From: Eubacteriales bacterium
Lineage (GTDB): Bacteria > Bacillota > Clostridia > Lachnospirales > Lachnospiraceae
DNA: 64,000 bases
Assembly (NCBI GenBank): GCA_030533385.1
Contig: JAUNJG010000007.1
Location: 638 to 64,637 of the forward strand
Direction of reading: 5' to 3'
This document shows, piece after piece, positions 1 through 7,794 of the stretch (position 1 is its first letter; each line of letters begins with the position of its first letter). The notes below the pieces were generated by a model. The model saw only the letters and a program-made list of their open reading frames with translations, did not search any database and was not told the DNA's origin. Position numbers and translations under genes: made by a program.

Positions 1-136
1 GTCTCCGGCGGATGGCAGTCACACAGACTGACAGGGTGTCAGTGTTTGCTGGTCTGTGTATTGCCGCAGGAACGCAGGGGCGTTCTGAGAGCATGGTTGT
101 TCACCTTGCATACCACATACCAAGGGAGGTAAAGCT

Positions 137-1078
137 ATGACAAAAGGAAATTTTAAAAAGTTAGTTTCTCGCAATCTGGCAGGAAAGGTTGCAGCTTTCA
201 GCATGGCAGCGATGATTGCGGCAGGAGGAGTGTTCACCATGCAGCAGAGTAAGTCTCAGGTACCTGAGCTTACGGAGTTTGTTGACCATCACGGAGAACA
301 GGTGGTGATTGATGACGGAAGCGTGCCTCTGGGAGGAGCTCCGAAGGTGACGAAGTCTACAAAGACAAAGAAAAAGACCGTCATCATGAAAAAGGCAGCG
401 AAAAAGACTTATAAAAAGAAAAACTTAAAAACAAAAACTTCTAATAAAGAAGGCAACGGCGTGATGGTGGAGACAGTCGTTCAGACTTTGAAGACGCAGA
501 AGTTTAAAAAGAACTCCAAGAAGAAAGTCATTATCACAAAGATTACGACGACGACCACAACGACTCTGGCGGAGAGCGCAGTGCAGGCGCAGGCAGCGGA
601 AGATAACACGGCGAAATCTTCCTCTTCCGAGATTTCCGCTCTCGCTCCTAAGCTTAACGGAGCAGTGATGGCAGCTTACAATGACCTGGGATTCACGGTC
701 AACGTTGATCCGTCTGTATCCTATTCCGGTTACTTTAACTCAAGAACCCGTTCCATCACCCTGAAAAGGGAGAGTGACGTCATTTACCACGAGTTGGGAC
801 ATTTCCTGGCCTTCGTTGCCGGAAACGTGGATATGCAGCCTGACTTCAGAAGTGTGTACGAGGCGGAGAAAAACAGCTACAGCGGAACCAACAAGGCTTA
901 TGTGATTCAGAACAGTTCTGAGTACTTTGCAGAGTCTTTCCGTGATTACACGCTGGATCCGGCCGGATTGAAGCAGAGCCGTCCGAGAACCTTTGCCGCC
1001 ATCGAGAGCGCAATTGGCAATGTGACACAACAGCAGATAAGCCAGATTCAATCGGCTTACGCACCGATTTGGGGCTAA
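137..1078 (+). CDS. Membrane-anchored or secreted zinc metallopeptidase with a Pro-Pro-endopeptidase (PPEP) / anthrax-lethal-factor-like (M34-type) catalytic domain
   Basis: 313-aa ORF with SD GGGAGG 7 nt before the ATG. It has an N-terminal hydrophobic anchor (LAGKVAAFSMAAMIAAGGVFTM), then a Lys-rich stretch and a poly-Thr run (ITTTTTTTL). The C-terminal domain has YHELGH (HExxH) followed about 45 aa later by SEYFAESFRDY. PPEP-1-type enzymes have the same motif pair and spacing (HETAH ... EEFFAESF). Confidence 0.6.
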   Translation: MTKGNFKKLVSRNLAGKVAAFSMAAMIAAGGVFTMQQSKSQVPELTEFVDHHGEQVVIDDGSVPLGGAPKVTKSTKTKKKTVIMKKAAKKTYKKKNLKTKTSNKEGNGVMVETVVQTLKTQKFKKNSKKKVIITKITTTTTTTLAESAVQAQAAEDNTAKSSSSEISALAPKLNGAVMAAYNDLGFTVNVDPSVSYSGYFNSRTRSITLKRESDVIYHELGHFLAFVAGNVDMQPDFRSVYEAEKNSYSGTNKAYVIQNSSEYFAESFRDYTLDPAGLKQSRPRTFAAIESAIGNVTQQQISQIQSAYAPIWG

Positions 1079-1241
1079 TTGTCGGATGAATCATTGATAA
1101 ATTGTTGATAGAGTATAAAAAAGAGGGAAACTTTGGGGCATCTTCCGTAAGGAAGGTGCTCTGCTTTTATGCCTGAATTTTGTGTAACGCCCCAGTCATG
1201 TCCGAATCCTACTCGTCTGCTTAGTTAAAAAAATGATAATG

Positions 1242-1271
1242 TTGACTTTATTGTTAGAAATTTTGTATAAT
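1242..1271 (+). promoter_or_regulatory. Sigma-A-type promoter for the HD-tarI-tarJ operon
   Basis: TTGACT (1242-1247), 18-nt spacer, TATAAT (1266-1271). It lies about 130 nt upstream of the HD-domain gene. Confidence 0.45.
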
Positions 1272-1404
1272 AGTGCCATACGTTTGTATGGATGCGGCGG
1301 GCGGCTCCGGGTGGGTCGTCTGTGCAGACTGTGGTTTGCGCTGGCCTCAGAGAAAAAAGAGCTGAGAATATTTTGTGATTTACAGTGGGACAGGAGATGA
1401 GTGT

Positions 1405-1947
1405 ATGGAGGAGCGTTACAAGGAGTCTGTGCTGGCGGATAACAGGCTGATAGACAAAATGATAGAATATTTTGCCGGAGATCCGAAGCGTGTTCAGCAT
1501 TTTTTGAAAGTGTATGAGTTTTCCACGTTAATCGGATTGGCGGAAGGGCTGCCGGAGGATGAGCTTTTCATCTTGAAGACGGCGGCCATCGTCCATGATA
1601 TCGGCATCAGGGCCAGTGAGGAGAAATACGGAAAATCCAGCGGAAAGCTTCAGGAGCAGGAGGGTCCGGCGGTGGCAGAACCGCTGCTTACTTCCCTGGG
1701 GTATGACGAGGCTCTCATTGACCGGGTCTTATTTCTGATCGCCAACCATCATACTTATGATGCCGTGGAGGGAGAGGATTATCAGATTTTGGTCGAGGCA
1801 GATTTTCTTGTCAATTTGTTTGAGGATGGATGCAGCGAAGAGACAGTCAGGCATGTGAGAAATAAAATTTTTAAGACAAAGACGGGAACCCGCTACCTGG
1901 ATTTCATGTTTTTCTCTCATTTGGAGACGGAAAACCGGATGGGATGA
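1405..1947 (+). CDS. HD-domain phosphohydrolase
   Basis: An ATG at 1405 is preceded by GGGACAGGAG. HD-superfamily motifs are present: AAIVHDIG and IANHHTYD. The 3' end overlaps the longest tarI reading frame, which suggests an operon. Confidence 0.7.
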   Translation: MEERYKESVLADNRLIDKMIEYFAGDPKRVQHFLKVYEFSTLIGLAEGLPEDELFILKTAAIVHDIGIRASEEKYGKSSGKLQEQEGPAVAEPLLTSLGYDEALIDRVLFLIANHHTYDAVEGEDYQILVEADFLVNLFEDGCSEETVRHVRNKIFKTKTGTRYLDFMFFSHLETENRMG

Positions 1948-2024
1948 AGGCCTCCGGTGGAGGCGCCGGCTTTGGCCGGGACAGGGATTTCCGGGAGAGA
2001 AGGTTTTGCAACAAGGAGGATACT

Positions 2025-2729
2025 ATGATATTTGGAGTGATACTTGCCGGGGGAACCGGTAGCAGGATGGGAAACATGGAGAAACCGAAGCAGTTTCTCA
2101 CGGTGGGCAATAAGCCGGTCATCATCTATACCATTGAGAAGTTTTATGCCAACAGCCGGTTTGAGAAGGTGATCGTGCTTTGTCCGAACCAATGGATAAA
2201 TCACACGCAGAATCTGGTGAAAAAGAATTTTAAGAATCCGGATAAGATTGTCGTGATCGAGGGAGGAAGCACGAGAAACGAGACGATTATGAACTCCATC
2301 CGCTACATCGAAAAAGAATATACGCTGGATGAGGATACCATCATCGTGACCCACGACGCCGTGCGTCCGTTTGTGACTCACCGCATTATTGAGGAAAATA
2401 TTGATTCTGCCATAAAGTACGGGGCCTGCGATACGGTCATTCCGGCTTCTGATACCATCGTGGAAGGAAAGGATCATTGCTTTATCAGCAACATTCCGGA
2501 CCGTTCTATCATGTATCAGGGACAGACGCCGCAGTCTTTCAGAGCAAAGCGGGTAAAAGAGCTTTATGAGTCGCTGACGGAGGAGCAAAAGAGTACCCTC
2601 CCGGATGCCTGTAAAATATGCGTGTTGAAGGGTGAGCAGGTACATCTGGTGGAAGGGGAAGTATTCAATATCAAGATTACTTACCCTTATGATTTGAGAG
2701 TGGCAGAGACATTAATTAAAGGAGAATAA
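2025..2729 (+). CDS. tarI: D-ribitol-5-phosphate cytidylyltransferase (IspD/TarI family)
   Basis: The N-terminus MIFGVILAGGTGSRMG..KPKQFL is the IspD/TarI nucleotidyltransferase signature. SD AAGGAGGA precedes the start. The gene is immediately followed by a TarJ-like reductase. Confidence 0.75.
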   Translation: MIFGVILAGGTGSRMGNMEKPKQFLTVGNKPVIIYTIEKFYANSRFEKVIVLCPNQWINHTQNLVKKNFKNPDKIVVIEGGSTRNETIMNSIRYIEKEYTLDEDTIIVTHDAVRPFVTHRIIEENIDSAIKYGACDTVIPASDTIVEGKDHCFISNIPDRSIMYQGQTPQSFRAKRVKELYESLTEEQKSTLPDACKICVLKGEQVHLVEGEVFNIKITYPYDLRVAETLIKGE

Positions 2730-2732
2730 AAC

Positions 2733-3758
2733 ATGTTAAATACAGTGTATCGTCTGGTTGCGCCCAGACGATTTGAGGTGGCCTTTAATGACATTGACTT
2801 AAATGGGGACAAGGTGGTTGTGCGTCCAACCCATTTGTCGATTTGTCATGCAGACCAGCGTTATTATCAGGGCAGTCGGCCGGTGGAAGTGCTGGCCAAA
2901 AAACTGCCCATGGCGCTGATACACGAAGGAATTGGCGAGGTGGTCTATGACGCCCTCGGTGAGTTTAAGGCGGGAGACCTGGTGGTCATGATCCCGAACA
3001 CTCCGACGGAGAAGGATGACGTCATCGGAGAAAATTATCTTAGAAGCTCCCGTTTCCGGGCCAGTGGGTTTGATGGATTTATGCAGGACAACGTGGCCTT
3101 GGACAGGGACAGGGTGCTTCTGTTGCCGCAGGACATTGACAGGACGGTGGCTACCTTCACGGAGCTGGTGACGGTGAGCGTGCAGGCGCTCAGACGGTTT
3201 GACAGCATCGCCCACGAGCGAAAGGATATCGTCGGTGTGTGGGGAGATGGAAACCTGGGTTATATTACCGCTCTGTTTTTCCACTATATGCATCCGGAGA
3301 CGAAGCTTATCATCTTTGGAACGGATAAGGAAAAGCTGTCAGGATTTTCTTTTGCGGATGAAACTTATCTGGTGTGGGACGTGCCGGAGGGTTTGATGGT
3401 GGATCATGCCATCGAGTGTGTGGGCGGGGACGCCTCCCAGAAGGCCATCGCTCAGATTATTGACCTGATTCAGCCGGAGGGAGCCATCTCTCTTTTGGGC
3501 GTGTCTGAGTATCCTGTGCCGATTAACACGAGGATGGTTCTTGAGAAGGGGCTGCGGGTGTTTGGAAGCAGCAGGAGCGGACGGGCTGATTTTGAAAAGA
3601 CGGTGGAAATGTACAAAGAACATCCGGAGATTCTCGGATACCTGAGCAACCTGGTGGGAGCGCAGGTGGAGATTCATTCCATTGCCGATATGAACCGTGC
3701 CTTTGAGCTGGATATCCAGAAAATGATGGGAAAGACTATCATGATTTGGAAAAAATAA
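2733..3758 (+). CDS. tarJ: Ribulose-5-phosphate reductase (zinc-dependent medium-chain alcohol dehydrogenase family, TarJ-like)
   Basis: 341 aa. It has an MDR-type zinc site region (RPTHLSICHADQRYYQG) and a Rossmann segment (VGVWGDGNLG). It starts 4 nt after the tarI stop. Confidence 0.7.
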   Translation: MLNTVYRLVAPRRFEVAFNDIDLNGDKVVVRPTHLSICHADQRYYQGSRPVEVLAKKLPMALIHEGIGEVVYDALGEFKAGDLVVMIPNTPTEKDDVIGENYLRSSRFRASGFDGFMQDNVALDRDRVLLLPQDIDRTVATFTELVTVSVQALRRFDSIAHERKDIVGVWGDGNLGYITALFFHYMHPETKLIIFGTDKEKLSGFSFADETYLVWDVPEGLMVDHAIECVGGDASQKAIAQIIDLIQPEGAISLLGVSEYPVPINTRMVLEKGLRVFGSSRSGRADFEKTVEMYKEHPEILGYLSNLVGAQVEIHSIADMNRAFELDIQKMMGKTIMIWKK

Positions 3759-3841
3759 AGAAGGAGTTCGGAAACCCATTTGGCGGCAGTGCCGGATGAA
3801 AATCTGAAGTCGGATTGTAACAGTTTTTTTTCTGCCATATA

Positions 3842-3869
3842 TTGACGGAGCAAGATTCTGTGCTAAAAT
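3842..3869 (+). promoter_or_regulatory. Sigma-A-type promoter with extended -10, upstream of the symporter gene
   Basis: TTGACG (3842-3847), 16-nt spacer ending in TGc, TAAAAT (3864-3869). This leaves a leader of about 200 nt before the ATG at 4077. Confidence 0.4.
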
Positions 3870-4076
3870 AATGTATGAAGGGAGCAACGGCGTTCTGACC
3901 GATGCTCCCTTGTTGCTTTATTCCGTCGAAAGTCCCGGGATACATTGGAAGATGTCCTGTAAACTGCAGTGATTTCTCTCAGGTGGGGTGTTGGTCTCTG
4001 GCTAAGAGAAGGACTTTGGCGGATGGACGCCGTACATCCTCTGTGTATGGGGGAAAGGGAAAAGAAGGAGAGAGAG

Positions 4077-5477
4077 ATGAGTAGTTTAGCAAAAATGATT
4101 CAGGCAATTGACGACTTTGTCTGGGGACCGGTGATGCTCGTCCTGCTGGTAGGAACGGGGGTCGTGCTAACGGTAAGGTGTGGATTCCTCACATGGAGAA
4201 ATCTTCCGTGGGCGCTGAAGACAACTTTGAGTAAGGAGGCGAGGACAAAGAGCAGGGGAACCGGAGACGTCTCCCCTTTTTCTGCACTGACGACGGCGCT
4301 GGCTGCCACCATCGGAACAGGAAACATCGTCGGCGTCGCCACCGCCATGGTGTCCGGCGGAGCGGGCGCCCTGGTTTGGATGTGGATATCCGCATGTTTT
4401 GGGCTGACCTCTAAGTTTTCCGAGTGTATGCTTGCCATCAAATATCGGGAAGTCAATGAAAAGGGGGAGATGTCCGGCGGACCGATGTACGTCATGAAAA
4501 AGGGACTGAAAAACAAAACATTTGGTGCGGTTTTGGGATGGCTGTTTGCCTTTTTCGCCGTTGTTGCTTCCTTTGGCATCGGAAATATGACCCAGGCCAA
4601 CTCCATCGCCACTTCCGTTCAATCCACCTTCGGGGTATCGTACAAAGTCACGGGCATTCTTTTGACGGCTCTTTCCCTGATTATCATCATCGGGGGAATC
4701 AAGGCCATTTCCAGAGTATCTTCCGTGGTTGTGCCGTTTATGGCAGTTTTTTATGTGCTTTGCGGACTGGTTGTCATCATCGGGAACTTCCGAAACCTGC
4801 CGGCAGGTCTGTTGATGATTTTTAAGATGGCCTTCAGCGTGAAGGCGGTGGGAGGCGCTCTGTGCGGAAATATTGTGGCATCCATGATGAATGCGGCTCG
4901 CTACGGCGTGGCCCGCGGCGTATTTTCCAACGAGGCCGGCATGGGCTCTGCCGCCATCACAGCGGCGGCGGCCACCACGGACAATCCGGTGCGCCAGGGT
5001 TATATCAATATGACCGGCACGTTCTGGGACACCATCGTGGTGTGTACCATCACCGGTCTTGCCATTGCCAGCTCAGGTATGCTGGGGCAGATTGACCCGG
5101 CGACGGGTGCGATGTACCAAGGTTCTGCGCTGACCATCGCTGCCTTTTCCACAGTTTTTGGCCGCGCCGGGGGCATTTTTGTGACGGTGGGCATTGCCCT
5201 GTTTGCTTTTTCCACCATCCTTGGGTGGGAATACCATGGAGAAAAAGCCTTTGAATATTTGATGGGAACCCACAAGTGCAATATGGTGTACCGCATTGTG
5301 TTCTCCCTCGTTGTCTATGTGGGGGCAACCCAGACGCTGGAATTGGTTTGGAACTTTTCTGATATTGCCAATGCGTTGATGGCCATCCCGAACCTGATTT
5401 GTCTGCTCTTGTTAAGCGGGGAGATTGCGAGGGATATCAAGGCCTTCCAGAAGGTGATTGAGGCAGAAAAAAAGTGA
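4077..5477 (+). CDS. Alanine/glycine:cation symporter (AGCS family)
   Basis: 466 aa and polytopic. AGCS-family motifs are present: SPFSALTTALAATIGTGNIVGVATA and FSNEAGMGSAAI. SD AAGGAGAGAGAG precedes the ATG at 4077. Confidence 0.9.
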   Translation: MSSLAKMIQAIDDFVWGPVMLVLLVGTGVVLTVRCGFLTWRNLPWALKTTLSKEARTKSRGTGDVSPFSALTTALAATIGTGNIVGVATAMVSGGAGALVWMWISACFGLTSKFSECMLAIKYREVNEKGEMSGGPMYVMKKGLKNKTFGAVLGWLFAFFAVVASFGIGNMTQANSIATSVQSTFGVSYKVTGILLTALSLIIIIGGIKAISRVSSVVVPFMAVFYVLCGLVVIIGNFRNLPAGLLMIFKMAFSVKAVGGALCGNIVASMMNAARYGVARGVFSNEAGMGSAAITAAAATTDNPVRQGYINMTGTFWDTIVVCTITGLAIASSGMLGQIDPATGAMYQGSALTIAAFSTVFGRAGGIFVTVGIALFAFSTILGWEYHGEKAFEYLMGTHKCNMVYRIVFSLVVYVGATQTLELVWNFSDIANALMAIPNLICLLLLSGEIARDIKAFQKVIEAEKK

Positions 5478-5483
5478 CAGAGA

Positions 5484-5539
5484 AAACAGGCAGGATGTCG
5501 TCTGTGAGCGATCACGTTCGGCATCCTGCCTGTTTCTTT
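5484..5539 (+). terminator. Rho-independent terminator after the symporter gene
   Basis: A 14-bp stem, AAACAGGCAGGATG (5484-5497) paired with CATCCTGCCTGTTT (5522-5535), followed by CTTT. Confidence 0.6.
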
Positions 5540-5622
5540 GGTGAGGTGACAGAGACTGTCATAAAAAACCGGCCGATGAGGCGGGTAGAAAATTCATGCC
5601 GACAAAGGCCAGCTGTCTTTGA

Positions 5623-6276
5623 TTAGTCTAATTTTAATCCTGAGAGAAGGGCGCCCAGGCCGGTGGAAGCGTTCCCCTCATCTTTATATGTGATGGAAGG
5701 CGCTTCGTCTGGTGTTTCCTCCTGATCTGCGGCGGCCTTGATGCTCAGGCTGATTTTGCCGTTTTCTACTTTGAGTACCTTGACCTTGACTTCCTGTCCC
5801 ACTTTCAGCACTTCGCCCGGAGACTCGATATGTCTGTTGGCAATCTGGGAAATATGTACCAGACCGGAGATGGAGTCACCCAAATCTACGAAAGCGCCGT
5901 AAGGCATGAGAGATTCCACCTTTCCTTCCAGGAGGGAGCCGGGAGCGATGGCGTTAATTTTTTCTTCCTTTTCTTTTCTGCGGCGATCGTACATGACTTC
6001 CTTCACGGAGAGAACGAGGCGATCCTTTTCCTCGTCTGCGGTGATCACTTTTGCCTCCACGGTTTTTCCAAGATAAGTGTTCGTATCTTCGACATAGCCG
6101 ATGTCAAGATGGGATGCCGGAATAAAGCCGCGAAGCCCCTCTACATAGACAATGACGCCTTTGTTGACGATGCCGCCTACCTCCAGAGAAAGAACGGTGC
6201 CTTCCTCTGCGTATTTTTCCACTGCCGCCCAGGCAGGATTTTTCATTAAATCCGTTGTTTTGTCAAAATCTGCCAT
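5623..6276 (-). CDS. S1 RNA-binding domain protein (two S1 domains)
   Basis: There are two S1/OB repeats: GTVLSLEVGGIVNKGVIVYVEGLRGFIPASHL and GSLLEGKVESLMPYGAFVDLGDSISGLVHISQI. The start is taken at MADFDK (6276) rather than the longest ORF (6369). Confidence 0.8.
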   Translation of the reverse strand: MADFDKTTDLMKNPAWAAVEKYAEEGTVLSLEVGGIVNKGVIVYVEGLRGFIPASHLDIGYVEDTNTYLGKTVEAKVITADEEKDRLVLSVKEVMYDRRRKEKEEKINAIAPGSLLEGKVESLMPYGAFVDLGDSISGLVHISQIANRHIESPGEVLKVGQEVKVKVLKVENGKISLSIKAAADQEETPDEAPSITYKDEGNASTGLGALLSGLKLD

Positions 6277-6595
6277 AGTTTCACACATGATTATAATCCT
6301 CATTTCTATCATTCTATTGTTTACGATGTAAACTACGTCCATTTTATACCAGAATGAAGTCTTTTGCAACAGTCGGTATCCGCTGGTCTGGTGTGAGCTC
6401 TCCGCTATGGCAGACGGTAACTGCGGCAGCGGCGGGAGACAGTGCCGACTGCGAACCTGAGATGTTATGGCCGAACCGTTGCTGTTGTCATGGAGGCCTG
6501 GAAAAATTCATGGCAAAAAAACGGGAAGTTTGCTATACTTATATAATTATGAAAAAAATTTCTCATCGGGGAACTGTGAGAGAGGAGAGACAGTG

Positions 6596-6982
6596 ATGGA
6601 TTTATATAAAGGTATGAAAATGACGAAACGGGAGAAAGTTACTGTGGAGAACACGGCAAAAACGCTGGGGAGTGGAAGTCTTTGCGTGTACGGGACTCCG
6701 GCCATGCTGCTTTTGGTGGAAAAAACCGCTGTCGCCCTTTTGGAGGGGCGGCTGGATGAGGGGATGACCTCCGTGGGAATCAGCCTCAATGTGGAGCATG
6801 TGTCTGCCACGCCGCTGGGGGCGGAAGTCCGCTGTCAGGTGGAACTTTTGGAGATAGACAGAAAACGATTGGTATTTTCTGCTCTGGTGGAAGATGCTGC
6901 CGGGGTCATCGGGAAGGGAACTCACGAGAGGTTCATCGTGGATGCAAAGAAATTCCAGGAAAAAGCCGACGGAAAATTTTAA
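6596..6982 (+). CDS. Hotdog-fold thioesterase family protein
   Basis: 128 aa starting at MDLYKGMK. The pattern GSGSLCVYGTPAMLLLVEKTA ... SVGISLNVEHVSATPLGAEV ... GKGTHERFIV is typical of small FlK-like hotdog thioesterases. Confidence 0.6.
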   Translation: MDLYKGMKMTKREKVTVENTAKTLGSGSLCVYGTPAMLLLVEKTAVALLEGRLDEGMTSVGISLNVEHVSATPLGAEVRCQVELLEIDRKRLVFSALVEDAAGVIGKGTHERFIVDAKKFQEKADGKF

Positions 6983-6987
6983 GAAAA

Positions 6988-7794
6988 ATGGATGACAGGG
7001 CAGGAAACAATATGGAAAAGAAGAAAAAGGAAAAAGAGACGGGGCAGGCAGGCGTTCGCCTCAATAAATATTTAAGCGACGCCGGGGTGTGTTCCAGGAG
7101 ACAGGCGGACGGTATGGTGGAAGCCGGACGGGTGACCGTAGACGGGGTCACGGCGGTTTTGGGGCAGAGAGTGGAGGTCGGCCAGAGTGTTTGCGTGGAT
7201 GGAAAGCCGGTGGGAGAGAGAACCGGGAAGCATCGCCGCCGCATCGTGCTTGCCGTCAACAAGCCCCGGGGCATCGTGTGTACCACCCAGAAGAAGGAAA
7301 AGGACAACATTGTAGATTTCATTGGATATCCGGAGAGGATTTATCCTGTGGGCAGGCTGGACAAGGATTCCGAGGGGCTGATTTTCATGACCAATGACGG
7401 GGAGTTGATGGACGAGATTCTTCGGGCAAGAAATGGTCATGAGAAGGAATACGAGGTGAGAATCAACCGCCCGGTCAGCGACGCTTTTGTAAGGCGGATG
7501 GAGGCGGGAGTTCCCATTCTCGACACGGTGACCCGCCCCTGCAAAATAAAAAAGACGGGAACTTTTACTTTTCGTATTATTCTGACTCAGGGGCTGAATC
7601 GGCAGATCCGCCGGATGTGCGAAGCTCTCGGCTGCCGGGTGGTGAAGCTTAGGAGAGTCCGGGTCATGAATGTGGTGTTGGGAGACCTGCCCACAGGCAG
7701 CTATCGGGAGCTTTCCAGACAGGAGTTATCTGAGCTGGAGCGCTTGACGGGAAGGAGGACAAGGTGGAAAAACAGCAAAGAATCAAGGAGTTGA
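6988..7794 (+). CDS. Pseudouridine synthase, RsuA/RluB family (S4 domain plus catalytic domain)
   Basis: An S4-like N-terminus (RLNKYLSDAGVCSRRQAD) and the catalytic motif VGRLDKDSEGLIFMTNDG are present. An alternative start is at 7012. Confidence 0.85.
   Translation: MDDRAGNNMEKKKKEKETGQAGVRLNKYLSDAGVCSRRQADGMVEAGRVTVDGVTAVLGQRVEVGQSVCVDGKPVGERTGKHRRRIVLAVNKPRGIVCTTQKKEKDNIVDFIGYPERIYPVGRLDKDSEGLIFMTNDGELMDEILRARNGHEKEYEVRINRPVSDAFVRRMEAGVPILDTVTRPCKIKKTGTFTFRIILTQGLNRQIRRMCEALGCRVVKLRRVRVMNVVLGDLPTGSYRELSRQELSELERLTGRRTRWKNSKESRS

Noticed and set aside
19-240. A 73-aa minus-strand ORF at the left edge.
   Set aside because: It overlaps the start and leader of the well-supported plus-strand PPEP-like gene. 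It has no SD and an improbable composition.
3876-4076. A glycine riboswitch upstream of the alanine/glycine symporter (strings GAAGGGAGCAA, TCTCTCAGG, AAGGAC).
   Set aside because: The GGAGCAA block here is base-paired in a simple hairpin with TGCTCC. The 5' GGAGAG/CTCTGG helix is missing. The distance between the blocks is about 95 nt, roughly three times the consensus. I cannot build the aptamer fold.
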